Part shown: piece after piece, positions 26,347-36,195 of the stretch
How the letters are laid out: each line of letters opens with the position of its first letter
Position numbering within the stretch: the stretch's first letter is position 1
Origin: a phage
Length of the DNA: 64,000 bases
Direction: 5' to 3' (one strand)
Sequence record: OR896157.1
Translations under genes and position numbers: made by a program
Notes under the pieces: model-generated
Told to the model about the DNA's origin: nothing
The model's input: only the letters and a program-made list of their open reading frames with translations
Database searches by the model: none

Positions 26347-26612
26347 TCTAAAACTTCTGGAACAGAAGCATTTTCACAATACAGATTTGTGCCAGCTACT
26401 ACCAGGTCACTTTCGCCCAGGTCTTCGATTAGCATCTTTTGGTTCTTATCTGCACCAGCTTCAAGGTCATGAATCAGCTTAGGCTTAACTTTGTCCCAGT
26501 CACCTTCAACAAACTTGATACATGGAATTGAAGTGTAATCTGCTTTAGCCATAGCTGGAACAGCAGAGCAGGATGATACAGCAAAGATTAATGCAAGTAC
26601 AAGTTTTTTCAT
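26331..26612 (-). CDS. predicted lipoprotein (93 aa)
   Basis: ATG at 26612 after GAGGAAAA RBS; MKKLVLALIFAVSSC with lipobox VSSC. Confidence 0.5.
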   Translation of the reverse strand: MKKLVLALIFAVSSCSAVPAMAKADYTSIPCIKFVEGDWDKVKPKLIHDLEAGADKNQKMLIEDLGESDLVVAGTNLYCENASVPEVLEWIGL

Positions 26613-26641
26613 TTTATTTTCCTCAAATAGAGCCACATGCC

Positions 26642-26917
26642 TTATGCGCATACAAAATTGCTAGCGCGAACCAGACGAAAATCACCTGCTGCGTAGATAC
26701 CCATCGTTACATGGTCGCTAGTATCTAAGTAAGGGGGTACAATAACTTTAACCAATCCACCGTTGTCTAGAATTTCACGAATTACACCATCACAACGCAA
26801 ATTTGCGTCTTCAGCCTTGCGAACTATAGAACCAACTTTAAACGGTGTTGTCAGGATATTTGCTTTGTGAGTGCGAGCGGTTTCATCGATAAGTTTTTCA
26901 ATTGTCCAGATTGCCAT
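26642..26917 (-). CDS. hypothetical protein (91 aa)
   Basis: ATG at 26917 after AGAGGAAAA RBS. Confidence 0.45.
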   Translation of the reverse strand: MAIWTIEKLIDETARTHKANILTTPFKVGSIVRKAEDANLRCDGVIREILDNGGLVKVIVPPYLDTSDHVTMGIYAAGDFRLVRASNFVCA

Positions 26918-26946
26918 GATGTTTTCCTCTTGTTTGGTATGAGGTA

Positions 26947-26975
26947 ATAGTAACACACTTCCATGTGCGTGTAAA
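26947..26975 (-). promoter_or_regulatory. early promoter (TTTACA-17-TACTAT)
   Basis: just below gene 41 stop; its -10 side shares a 22-bp tract with the promoter at 58306-58334. Confidence 0.5.
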
Positions 26976-26978
26976 CGG

Positions 26979-28421
26979 TTAGAATTTGAGGTCTTCAGCC
27001 AATGCATCGAGTTTAGCTCTTGCACTAGCGTTTTGTTCAACACGAGTCATTCGGTTACCTTCTGCAACTCGTTGCTGAGCGCCAGAAGTCTCTTTGACTG
27101 AAGTTGGTTGTTCACCATGTTCTTGAGCTATTTCTACCCAACGCTGATTGCCTTTACTTACACCAATCAAGAACTTATTGTTGATGTTCTTATCACCATA
27201 ACGAGACTTAATCTGCTTGATGAGCTGTTGACCTTGTTGAGCAAGTTCTTCAGTTTCAATTACCGCTAGCATAAAGTCTGCTGTTGCTGGTAGACCCGCG
27301 GATTCTGCAACATCACTCATTGAAACGTCAGAAGCATCCCAACCTGAACGAGTCGTCTGAGCTGCTGTCCACAAAACAGTTTCAGATTCAACAGCCAATG
27401 CACGAAGTTCTTCTGCAATAGCTTTAACTAATGTGTAGCTGTTTTCGGTATAAACTTTAATACGACAAGAAGCACAGATACCCAGATAGTCAATAATGAT
27501 GACATCAGGAACGAAATTCTTCTTCAGTTTAAGTTCATTCAATAACGCACGGAACGTATTTGCATGAGCTCCACCTGTTGGATATTGCTTGATAATCAGA
27601 CGACCAAGAGTATTCTTTGAGCGCCATTTTTCCATCTTACCTTTGTATTCAGCATATGAAATATGACCATCATCAATATCGTCCAACGATACATCAAGTA
27701 AGTTAGCATCAATACGTTTTGCGCAAACTTCTTCTGCCATTTCCATGGAGATATACAGAACGTTCTTACCCATCTGAAGATAGTCAGCAGCAAGAGAACA
27801 CAGACCTAATGACTTACCAACGTTTACACCGGCGAGTAATACGTTCAAAGTACCAGTCTCTGCACCGCCTTTTGTGATTCGGTTCAGAATATTGAGTTTG
27901 AATGCAACCTTACGAGCTTTATTCTGATAAGCTAACCAACGAGCTTCATGGTCTTCCATCCAATCATGACCAATGTAACTATCAAATGAAATTGACAGAG
28001 CAGCTCGCATGATGTCTGGAATTGCACCTACATCAGGAAGTTTTTTGTTTCGTTTTTCTGGTGGAAGTTGGGCGTTAGTCTGAATTTCAATAATCTTTGA
28101 TGTTGCATTGTACATCGCAGATTCTTGAACAAAACGTTCAGTTTCGGCTACGAGCCAGTTTAAATCTTCTGGAGTATCTTGAAGCTTATTAATTAACTCA
28201 CTTGCGCCCTGTACTTCAGTTTCAACTAACTGACTATTATCCAAAGCTACCGCTAATGCAGTTTTACTTGGAACAGCTTGATATTTAAGAACGTGCTGAT
28301 GAATCAGTTTGAAAACATTTTTGGCTGGGCCATGTTCAAAATACTCATCTCCCATATAAGGCCAAACCTTCGCGAAGAAGGCCTGATTATACAGCAAATG
28401 AGATAAGATTGTTTCTACCAC
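26979..28421 (-). CDS. 41: replicative DNA helicase gp41 (DnaB-like)
   Basis: 480 aa; long near-identical blocks to remembered T4 gp41 (e.g. ILSHL...KVWPYM, GVNVGKSLGLCSLAADYLQ); start codon GTG after GAGGT RBS. Confidence 0.9.
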   Translation of the reverse strand: MVETILSHLLYNQAFFAKVWPYMGDEYFEHGPAKNVFKLIHQHVLKYQAVPSKTALAVALDNSQLVETEVQGASELINKLQDTPEDLNWLVAETERFVQESAMYNATSKIIEIQTNAQLPPEKRNKKLPDVGAIPDIMRAALSISFDSYIGHDWMEDHEARWLAYQNKARKVAFKLNILNRITKGGAETGTLNVLLAGVNVGKSLGLCSLAADYLQMGKNVLYISMEMAEEVCAKRIDANLLDVSLDDIDDGHISYAEYKGKMEKWRSKNTLGRLIIKQYPTGGAHANTFRALLNELKLKKNFVPDVIIIDYLGICASCRIKVYTENSYTLVKAIAEELRALAVESETVLWTAAQTTRSGWDASDVSMSDVAESAGLPATADFMLAVIETEELAQQGQQLIKQIKSRYGDKNINNKFLIGVSKGNQRWVEIAQEHGEQPTSVKETSGAQQRVAEGNRMTRVEQNASARAKLDALAEDLKF

Positions 28422-28431
28422 GATAACCTCA

Positions 28432-28818
28432 TTAAAATAGTTTGAAACGTTTTTTCTTTCTCATAATTTCGGCGTGAGCCTGTTGAATTTGTATTTTAAT
28501 ACATTTTTCAACATGTGGTGCAAGGTCGGCTTTTCGTGATTCGTCCAACGTAGAGAACTCTAGTGACACCTGGCCGCTTTCGTCCAAGTGTAATGAGGTA
28601 ACATATACGATATGTTCCTCGCCATCCTCTAGGGTTATCAGGATTTCCTGAACGACATTCTCCATAGCCTTTTGGACTATTTCTAGACTCTTTTTAAACA
28701 TCCGCTCAGTTCTTTCAAATTCCCCCTCCTGAGAGGGGGTTTCGTCCTGAACTTCAACTTCAGTCAAATCGAGGTCTAAGTCCTCGAAATTATTCTTCAT
28801 CGTAATTTTCCAGTTCAT
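28432..28818 (-). CDS. hypothetical acidic protein at the T4 gene 40 position
   Basis: sits between 41 and uvsX; sequence identity to T4 gp40 not recognised. Confidence 0.4.
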   Translation of the reverse strand: MNWKITMKNNFEDLDLDLTEVEVQDETPSQEGEFERTERMFKKSLEIVQKAMENVVQEILITLEDGEEHIVYVTSLHLDESGQVSLEFSTLDESRKADLAPHVEKCIKIQIQQAHAEIMRKKKRFKLF

Positions 28819-29953
28819 CTTCGATTGAAGCTGGAGTTGCTCTTACTTCGCCTTCCGGAGCATGGAACTCTTCGGTCTTCGAATTAATCAGAGCATCAAC
28901 TTCTTCATCTACTACTGCATTGGTTTCAATAGCACCCAGCTGATAGCGATTTTTAATAGCATCGCGGAATGGCTGATGTTTAAACAGAGGGCCCCAGAAT
29001 GCGGTGCTTGAAGTATCTTTTGCACGCCATGATTTCTCTTCGCGAACCATTTCACCGGTATCTACGTCCAGATATTCACGAGCATACCAACCGTTTTTAG
29101 GTTTAACTACAAAACCAAGTTCCAGCGCCATATCCAACAGACCAGAGTATGGGTCAATACCGCCATCGAATTTAACATCAATGAAGAACTTACTCTTCTC
29201 TTTAACGGTACGAGATTTCTCAGCATTCAGAACAAACTGATAACCTTGAAGGTCTGTACCATCTTTAATCTGACGCTTACCGATGATGAACACAGTATCT
29301 GCTGAGTACATTGGACCTGTACCACCAGTCATCACAGTCTTACTGAACATCTCAATTGTTTCGATCGTGTGGTTAACCGCAACGCATGGAATGTTTTTAA
29401 TAGAGAAGTAAGGTGTAACAATACGGAACAGAGACTTCAGTGATTTCGCACGAGTCATATCTGCAACTGATTTTTCGTTCAGAGCATCTTCTGTTTCTTT
29501 CTTAGAAGCAAGGTTACCGATGGAGTCGATGAATACGATAACTTTCTCACCGCGTTCAATTTCTTCCAGCTGGTTGACCATGTCAATCTTAAGCTGCTCA
29601 ACAGATTGCACAGGAGTGTGTACTACACGGTCCGGGTCAACACCCATTGCACGAAGATATGCTGGAGTGATACCGAATTCTGAGTCGTAGAACAGACAAA
29701 TAGCATCCGGATATTTTGTCATATAAGCGGAAACCATAGTCAGACTCATATTTGACTTGAAGTGCTTTGACGGGCCCGCAAAGATTGTTAAACCTGATTG
29801 CATGCCACCATCTAATGCACCTGAAATCGCGATATTAAGCATCGGAATCTTAGTACGAACTACATCCTTTTCATTGAAGAATTTGGATTTATCCAGAGAT
29901 GCGGTCATTTTAGAAGTGGATGCTTTAATCAGACGAGATTTTAAATCAGACAT
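28790..29953 (-). CDS. uvsX: UvsX recombinase (RecA-like)
   Basis: 387 aa; RecA-fold with Walker A-like GPSKHFKS, matches remembered T4 UvsX. Confidence 0.9.
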   Translation of the reverse strand: MSDLKSRLIKASTSKMTASLDKSKFFNEKDVVRTKIPMLNIAISGALDGGMQSGLTIFAGPSKHFKSNMSLTMVSAYMTKYPDAICLFYDSEFGITPAYLRAMGVDPDRVVHTPVQSVEQLKIDMVNQLEEIERGEKVIVFIDSIGNLASKKETEDALNEKSVADMTRAKSLKSLFRIVTPYFSIKNIPCVAVNHTIETIEMFSKTVMTGGTGPMYSADTVFIIGKRQIKDGTDLQGYQFVLNAEKSRTVKEKSKFFIDVKFDGGIDPYSGLLDMALELGFVVKPKNGWYAREYLDVDTGEMVREEKSWRAKDTSSTAFWGPLFKHQPFRDAIKNRYQLGAIETNAVVDEEVDALINSKTEEFHAPEGEVRATPASIEDELENYDEE

Positions 29954-30008
29954 TAATTATTTTCCATAAGTCTCCATAATATTTTTCTCACAGGTTTAAG
30001 ATAGAGTA

Positions 30009-30035
30009 ATTATATCAACTACGGTTTAAAGCGGA
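30009..30035 (-). promoter_or_regulatory. candidate MotA-dependent middle promoter upstream of uvsX (GCTTTA - 12 nt - TATAAT)
   Basis: MotA-box-like GCTTTA at about -30 and extended -10 TGaTATAAT on minus strand. Confidence 0.4.
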
Positions 30036-30090
30036 TTGCAATGCGGTGAATCATTTTGACAAGGTGTGTAACAACAAGCATTACAATGAC

Positions 30091-30107
30091 CACCGACAGA
30101 GTCGGTG
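30091..30107 (-). terminator. stem-loop after beta-glucosyltransferase (CACCGAC-AGA-GTCGGTG)
   Basis: 7-bp stem; weak U-tract. Confidence 0.3.
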
Positions 30108-30116
30108 GTGTATTCT

Positions 30117-31193
30117 TTAGATTTCAATTGCTTTCTTGAATTCAGCTTGCCAAATTGGTTTTTCATCAAGATATTTTTGAAGAATTTTATGCTGATATTC
30201 GAGAGTTTCAATTCTAAAGTCCTCGTCGTTTTTGATTTTATTAATTTTTTCAACAAGCTCTTGACGATTGCTCACATAGAAGAACTCATTACCTTCCATG
30301 ATATTCATGTCAGGGTCAAATGTGCTATCGAAGAATGCCACTGCAGTAGATGCCAGAGCTTCCCATACACGAGGAGTGATTTGGTTATTATCGTAAGTCT
30401 TATCACCGAGTACGATAGTAGCATACGCGGTTGAGTTACGTTGAACCATTTCACGAGAATCTACCTTCCCAGGAAATACTGGAGGAGTAGTCCAAGGGAA
30501 TTCTGGATTCTTGAATTGGTCTGCCTTTACTGAACCAAAGAACTCAACATCCAGGCCAGTGTCAAACAGATATTCAACCATCTTAGCTTCACGATTACCT
30601 GAACGGAATGTTCCACCATAAATCAGGTCACGCATTTTGATGCCATCAGCAGCAATCTTGAAGACGCTGTGATACATCTTATGACGGTCCAGTGCGAAGT
30701 GTACAAATTCCATTCGGTCTTTAGAGACACCGACTAAACGGTCAGAGTGAATTCGTTTAGCTTGTTCAAGGTCACGGCCCTGAGAAATTACGCGAATTGG
30801 AGAGCGAACAATGAACTGCTCTTCAGTGTATTTGCTGGACCATTTTTTCTTCGACATTCGGCGCCACGCTTGTTCCCACGGAAGACGAATATCAGTGAAC
30901 AGATAATAAATCTTTGACTTATATTTGTTCAAGAACATATAAGCCGCTTTATTCATCTTGTTCTCTTCACCACCGTAGAAGTTCAGAGAAGCATTAACTA
31001 CCAGAACTCGGTCATATACATTCGGGTCTGGGACATCATCAAATGCGATGCCATATTGAGTATTTTTCATTGAAATGAGGTCAACATCAAGCCCCATATC
31101 TTTTAAGCATTCGGACAGATAAATTGTCTCAGAAGCAGGGGTTGTTTTAAACCCCTGGATGTTGTTACCTAAGTTCAGGATAGCAATTTTCAT
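30117..31193 (-). CDS. bgt: DNA beta-glucosyltransferase
   Basis: 358 aa; MKIAI.N.GNN...KSKIYYLFTDIRLP...IYGG.FRSG.RE.KMVE.LFDTGL..EFFG...QFKNP..PWT..PVF.GK matches remembered T4 beta-gt; same locus. Confidence 0.8.
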   Translation of the reverse strand: MKIAILNLGNNIQGFKTTPASETIYLSECLKDMGLDVDLISMKNTQYGIAFDDVPDPNVYDRVLVVNASLNFYGGEENKMNKAAYMFLNKYKSKIYYLFTDIRLPWEQAWRRMSKKKWSSKYTEEQFIVRSPIRVISQGRDLEQAKRIHSDRLVGVSKDRMEFVHFALDRHKMYHSVFKIAADGIKMRDLIYGGTFRSGNREAKMVEYLFDTGLDVEFFGSVKADQFKNPEFPWTTPPVFPGKVDSREMVQRNSTAYATIVLGDKTYDNNQITPRVWEALASTAVAFFDSTFDPDMNIMEGNEFFYVSNRQELVEKINKIKNDEDFRIETLEYQHKILQKYLDEKPIWQAEFKKAIEI

Positions 31194-32026
31194 AAAGTAG
31201 GCTCAATCTCACTGAATTTTTTGAAAGCATCTGACTTTTGTTTCTTGGCTACGCACATACGAAGTACTTTCAGAGGCTCGTCAGTGCCAAACATAGTTTT
31301 GGTTGGGTCACCTTCTGATTTCCAACGAGCTTGAGTTGGGAAGTCAGCATGAATTTTTTCTAATGCGCGGTTTTGTTTAGCCGCATTACGCATAGATGAT
31401 ACGCCGCCTGGAGCTTGTCCTTTGCCAGATTTGACGAGATATTTGAAAATCGCCAGATGAGGATAACCCATATTAATGAGTTTAAGGAATGCGTATGTAT
31501 CTTCGGACAGGTCTACTATACCATATCCAATGTCATCAGCAGAAAGTTTGCTTAAATCGTAGAAAGTGTTAGTGAATCCATAAGAGTTCTCACGGAAATG
31601 ACCCCACTTAGAATCAATCTTGAAAATAGGCAAACGAGCATGGCCGTGATAGAATCCACAGTCCATAGCTGCTTCAACATACTGTGTGAGTTTATTGAAT
31701 TCGTCCCATGTCATTCCAACATCATGAAGAATACGACGGTCGTCTTTAGCACGAATCTCAGTGGTATGAATTGTAGTGTCATCGTCTAGCATCCAGATTC
31801 GTTGGCCTTGATACATTTCAGTAATCAAACGACGAGTACCAGCAATGCCATTTACATCATCTGGAATAGTTACGATTTTAGCTAACGCGCTGTAATGCAT
31901 CTCATATTCTTCTTTCTGAGACTCACGAACTACTAAATGAGGTACATAACCAGTAGGGAACATATCCAGGGCAGTAACTGCCCCGACACGATTGTAACTC
32001 GGAATTACAAATTGAATCATTTCCAT
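31190..32026 (-). CDS. second glycosyltransferase, GT-A-like (278 aa)
   Basis: N-terminal IPSYNR and a DDD (DxD) motif; translationally coupled to bgt. Confidence 0.5.
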   Translation of the reverse strand: MEMIQFVIPSYNRVGAVTALDMFPTGYVPHLVVRESQKEEYEMHYSALAKIVTIPDDVNGIAGTRRLITEMYQGQRIWMLDDDTTIHTTEIRAKDDRRILHDVGMTWDEFNKLTQYVEAAMDCGFYHGHARLPIFKIDSKWGHFRENSYGFTNTFYDLSKLSADDIGYGIVDLSEDTYAFLKLINMGYPHLAIFKYLVKSGKGQAPGGVSSMRNAAKQNRALEKIHADFPTQARWKSEGDPTKTMFGTDEPLKVLRMCVAKKQKSDAFKKFSEIEPTL

Positions 32027-32754
32027 TTGCCTTTGTAGTCAGATTTCTTAACATCAATCCGGCCGGTTTGACGATAATGGTCAACCAGATAGAAATGACG
32101 TTCATACACATGCAGAGACCCAGCGTTCCAAATAATGTCGCCTGGAACATATTTTTCACCAGAGCCTGCATTAACTGTTTCTACTAATGATTCTAACACA
32201 TATTTCTGCCAAGCATAATCATTGCGGAAACCAAATACAACATCATTGCTTCGCATATTAACGACAGCGTTTACACGACCATCACGAATAAGATATTGAA
32301 CTGTGTTAGTGCACATGAAATCACTCATACCATCACGTTCAAAATCAACTTGCATACTTGGACGAGTGTAAATCATAATTGCGCGGCGAGAGTCTGGTTT
32401 TTCAATCAGCTCAGTTGCACAGAATGAGAATTGATTATAGTTTTCAGCAGACCAGATTGCCCAGCCATAGTTTGAGTTAATTTCACCCTTTGAAGATGAA
32501 ACTTGTTCCCAAATTGCCGGAGTACCACCCGGAATATCTTTCACGAACAGAGACTTGGATTTGTACCACGCAAGTTCACGTTCAACATATTCTTGGTTAA
32601 CTGTTCCGAAAATTGAATCTTCGGTTACTACAAAAGATGGACCAATTAACTCAATGGTCTTTGCGCCAGTTTTGTCAATTACAAACATCTCGTTGAACAG
32701 AGCATGGCACAGTTCATCACGAATATCTTCGTTAGTCAGTGGAGTTACAATCAT
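32017..32754 (-). CDS. 42: dCMP hydroxymethylase gp42
   Basis: ATG at 32754 after GAAGAGG RBS; ELAWYKSKSLFVKDIPG...WEQV.SSKGEINSNYGWAIWS...MCTNTVQYLIRD...NAVVNMRSNDVVFGFRNDYAWQKYVL matches remembered T4 gp42. Confidence 0.9.
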   Translation of the reverse strand: MIVTPLTNEDIRDELCHALFNEMFVIDKTGAKTIELIGPSFVVTEDSIFGTVNQEYVERELAWYKSKSLFVKDIPGGTPAIWEQVSSSKGEINSNYGWAIWSAENYNQFSFCATELIEKPDSRRAIMIYTRPSMQVDFERDGMSDFMCTNTVQYLIRDGRVNAVVNMRSNDVVFGFRNDYAWQKYVLESLVETVNAGSGEKYVPGDIIWNAGSLHVYERHFYLVDHYRQTGRIDVKKSDYKGKWK

Positions 32755-33191
32755 TTTGCCTCTTCGTAGTTTTTCTTCATACAACGTTTAAATGCTTCAT
32801 ATTGGCCAGAAGACCTGAAGTTTTCAAATGCGTTGATATTTTTGCGGGTAGGATTATTATACATTGTTTGATATAAAGCAGCACCATGGAATTCAACGAT
32901 AGCTTGGCACTTACGAGCAGCTACTCGCTTTTCATAAGTAGCGTCAAGTTCTCGCTGCTTTTTCATAACGCGTGCTTGGTCACGAGCGATAGGGTCATTA
33001 GCCTGCTGCTGAGCAAGATATTCTTCGCCTTCACGAATAGAAGACTGCTTGACCTGCGGAGTTGAACGAGCATACACCAGACCAGTGCCGCCTACATACT
33101 TAACTTGCCCTACAGTACTAGCATGAACAGTGTCTCCTTGATAAGCACAACCTGCCAGTAACATAGCAGCAGCTACTGCTAAAAATTTCAT
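32751..33191 (-). CDS. predicted lipoprotein (146 aa) at the T4 imm locus
   Basis: MKFLAVAAAMLLAGC signal peptide with classic lipobox LAGC; ATGA-coupled to gene 42. Confidence 0.55.
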   Translation of the reverse strand: MKFLAVAAAMLLAGCAYQGDTVHASTVGQVKYVGGTGLVYARSTPQVKQSSIREGEEYLAQQQANDPIARDQARVMKKQRELDATYEKRVAARKCQAIVEFHGAALYQTMYNNPTRKNINAFENFRSSGQYEAFKRCMKKNYEEAK

Positions 33192-33201
33192 TTCAATATC
33201 C

Positions 33202-33426
33202 TCATCTGTGAGTTACAAGTTTATAAGTCCAATCACTTTCATCTTCACGATAGATGTTAACGATAGAAGTCTCTTTGAGTTTAGCTCGTAGATTCTTTTC
33301 AGTGATTTCAATACCATCATCAAAGAAAATCTTATCAGCACCGCCAGCACTCAGGAAGTAAAAAGTGCTTTTGAGATTGAACTTCAGTACTGGAATGTAG
33401 CTATCGTCGGTGATTGAGTAAATCAT
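33202..33426 (-). CDS. hypothetical protein (74 aa)
   Basis: minus-strand ORF. Confidence 0.45.
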   Translation of the reverse strand: MIYSITDDSYIPVLKFNLKSTFYFLSAGGADKIFFDDGIEITEKNLRAKLKETSIVNIYREDESDWTYKLVTHR

Positions 33427-33486
33427 TTTATTCTCCTTTTGTGTATAGAAGAATTATACCACATCCGTGTGGTAATGTACAATGCT

Positions 33487-36195
33487 TTAGAAATCAAACA
33501 TATTGTCTAAAGACGCTTTTTCTTCATAGTCTAATCCAGAAGCTTCTGACATACCAGCAAGTGGCTTAACGAAAGACTTTTGGAACAGAGTCGTATAGTC
33601 CAACCAAGCCAGAACATCTTGACGAATTTCCTGCGGAAGTTCAGTACCTGATGGCCAGGCGATACACTTGTCACCGAATGGGTTACCCTGACGAAGTGGA
33701 AGAACCATCACCTTGTTACCCTCGAGAATCGGAGTGACAGAGAATCCTGCCGTTGCACGATTATAAGTCAGTGCACCACGAACGTGATATGGACATTTCA
33801 GACCAGGGAAACCATTATCGTCATATTTACCAATGTCATTACAAGTTTTAACTTCTGCAATAACTTTGTAGTCCAGCTGACGATATTCCTTCTCAAACTG
33901 TTTGTAGTATTCTTGCAGTGATTCTTCGCCTTCTTGAACCATACGACGAATACTTTCTTCCAGTGCTTTCTGAACTGCTTTTGGCGTAGAAGACTGCTGA
34001 GTTTCCATGCCCATAATCTTCAAGTGTGGTTCAGCATAACGCTTATCTTCCATGTCGTAAACGTTCAGTGCATAACGTTTCTTAGCTTTCCAGAATCCAC
34101 CACAACCTTTTGAACCAAGCGGCGGACATGAAATAGCTTCTCGGTCCATGTGCATAAGATGTTCACGGTTATTGAAATATTCGCACAGTTCACGATAAGC
34201 AGTATCAATCATCGGTTCCATTTTCTTCTTACCGAATTGGTTCATAAATTCAACCACTTCGTCAGTCGTTTTGAAACGTTCAAGACCTACTTTTTCAATA
34301 ACTTTGTCAACAGAAACGTAGATTGAGTCAGTATCACCTGCTGCGATGAAATCAAATCCTTCAGTTCCACACACTTTATTCAGATACTCGTTAACTTTAC
34401 GAGCAATCCAACGAATACCTACTTGACCAAACAGTGTAATAGCAGATGCGTTACGAAGGTCATAATAACGGAAGTAGATGTTACCCAAAGCACCATAAAG
34501 ACTGTTGATAAGAATCTTACGGTTCAACTGGTTTGTGTTTGCTAGAATAGCAGCAGCTTCACATCGAGCCAGCATAGTTTCCAACACCAACTTCGTGTAC
34601 TTATTCAGTGATGCTTTCTGTTCGTCAGTGTACTGAGTGTAACGAGTTTCATCTGGAGTATCAATGTCACCGAATACGCCAGCTGCCAGAACTTTCTTAA
34701 TTTCTTCTGCGTTACGTTCTTCTGCGAACATCTTTTTCTTCCAATCTTTACGCTGGAAGAATACCTTAGCGATTTCTACTGGGATGACACCTTCAATATC
34801 TTTACGATACATCCAACCGTTCGGTGAGCAAGAATACTCGTCACTTGGACGTGGTGCAGTCTTATTGATATAAGCTTCAATATCATAAAGTTTGAATTGA
34901 CCAACAATAGTTTCCGGAGAAATATTCACCTGACGAATGATACTCGGATACAGAGATGTTAAGTCAAAACTCATGATGTACTTACGAGCGCATGCTAATG
35001 GTTCAAATACATATGCACCTGGATAACTTTGCTTGATATGACGCTTACCTTGAGGAACAACTTTGTTCTGTTCTTTCAGGGAGTTAAAGATAATTGCGTC
35101 CCAAGTTTTAATCGGAGACATTACACCACCAAACGGCATCTTGGCATAATAAGACATACTAAGTGCCAGGTCAATGAATCCACGAACTCGGTCAATACCA
35201 CCTACGGACTCAACGTCCATAATGTTATAGCTAATGTATCGTTGGTGATTTGTTTCACGAAGTTTGTTAATTGGACCATCGTATGGCAACTTACCACGTT
35301 TAGTCTCGTATAGAGCGATGTAGTCCAAGTTATAAGTTGGTTGGTTCGTGAATGAATACTTCTTGTACAAATCCATGTAATCCAGAATTGTTACACCATC
35401 AATACTGAATACTTCTTTTTCACCGTACATGTTCTGAATGAGTTTTGAATTCACTCGATTGATTGGAGAGAATCGTTTCATTGAACGTTCACCCAATACA
35501 TGCTTAACACGGTTCATGATGTATGGAATATCGAAGCCTTCAATGTTCCAACCCGTGAAGATTGCTGGACGCTTTTGTTCCCAGAGATTGATATATTCCA
35601 GAAGAAGTTCTTTCTCTGAATGGAAAGGCATGTACACTACACGGTCGAGAATATGTTGTGGAACTTCGTCTCCACCTTCTTTATCACTTCGTGCAGCTAA
35701 CTTCGCGTCCCATTCTGAAACTGAGCCATACAGAGAATCTAACAAATCGAAAACGTAGAACTTATCATCGATTGAATCATAATGAGTGATTGCATCGATT
35801 TCGTACATAGCTTTCATTGGGTCTGGGAATTTATCACCTGTAACTTCGATGTCACAGTTCGCAACACGAATGAATTTCTTGTCATAAACAATTTCAGAAC
35901 CATAAGTGTCGGAGATATAAGCGAGTTTGAAGTCATCCATACCCATGGCTTCAAGACCGATATCTTCCATACGACGAATCCAATCACGAGCATCTTTCAT
36001 GGTTGGGAATGTGTTTTTGATACATGGTTTCCCATAGATATCAAAGAACTTTGTCTTCACACCTTGTTGAGCATGAGAAAACATAGTTGGAGAATATTCA
36101 ACTCGTCGTTGACGTTCTACACCATTGGAGTCAATATAACGTTCAATGATGTCATTACCTGCGGTTTCAATAGAGATATAAAATTCTTGTGCCAT
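33487..36195 (-). CDS. 43: DNA polymerase gp43 (family B)
   Basis: 902 aa; exonuclease and polymerase motifs of family B (e.g. ...DIEV...DTDS...); matches remembered T4 gp43. Confidence 0.95.
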   Translation of the reverse strand: MAQEFYISIETAGNDIIERYIDSNGVERQRRVEYSPTMFSHAQQGVKTKFFDIYGKPCIKNTFPTMKDARDWIRRMEDIGLEAMGMDDFKLAYISDTYGSEIVYDKKFIRVANCDIEVTGDKFPDPMKAMYEIDAITHYDSIDDKFYVFDLLDSLYGSVSEWDAKLAARSDKEGGDEVPQHILDRVVYMPFHSEKELLLEYINLWEQKRPAIFTGWNIEGFDIPYIMNRVKHVLGERSMKRFSPINRVNSKLIQNMYGEKEVFSIDGVTILDYMDLYKKYSFTNQPTYNLDYIALYETKRGKLPYDGPINKLRETNHQRYISYNIMDVESVGGIDRVRGFIDLALSMSYYAKMPFGGVMSPIKTWDAIIFNSLKEQNKVVPQGKRHIKQSYPGAYVFEPLACARKYIMSFDLTSLYPSIIRQVNISPETIVGQFKLYDIEAYINKTAPRPSDEYSCSPNGWMYRKDIEGVIPVEIAKVFFQRKDWKKKMFAEERNAEEIKKVLAAGVFGDIDTPDETRYTQYTDEQKASLNKYTKLVLETMLARCEAAAILANTNQLNRKILINSLYGALGNIYFRYYDLRNASAITLFGQVGIRWIARKVNEYLNKVCGTEGFDFIAAGDTDSIYVSVDKVIEKVGLERFKTTDEVVEFMNQFGKKKMEPMIDTAYRELCEYFNNREHLMHMDREAISCPPLGSKGCGGFWKAKKRYALNVYDMEDKRYAEPHLKIMGMETQQSSTPKAVQKALEESIRRMVQEGEESLQEYYKQFEKEYRQLDYKVIAEVKTCNDIGKYDDNGFPGLKCPYHVRGALTYNRATAGFSVTPILEGNKVMVLPLRQGNPFGDKCIAWPSGTELPQEIRQDVLAWLDYTTLFQKSFVKPLAGMSEASGLDYEEKASLDNMFDF

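Noticed and set aside
31923-32171. 82-aa minus-strand ORF
   Set aside because: Out-of-frame overlap of the gene 42 / glycosyltransferase junction; both neighbours are well supported.
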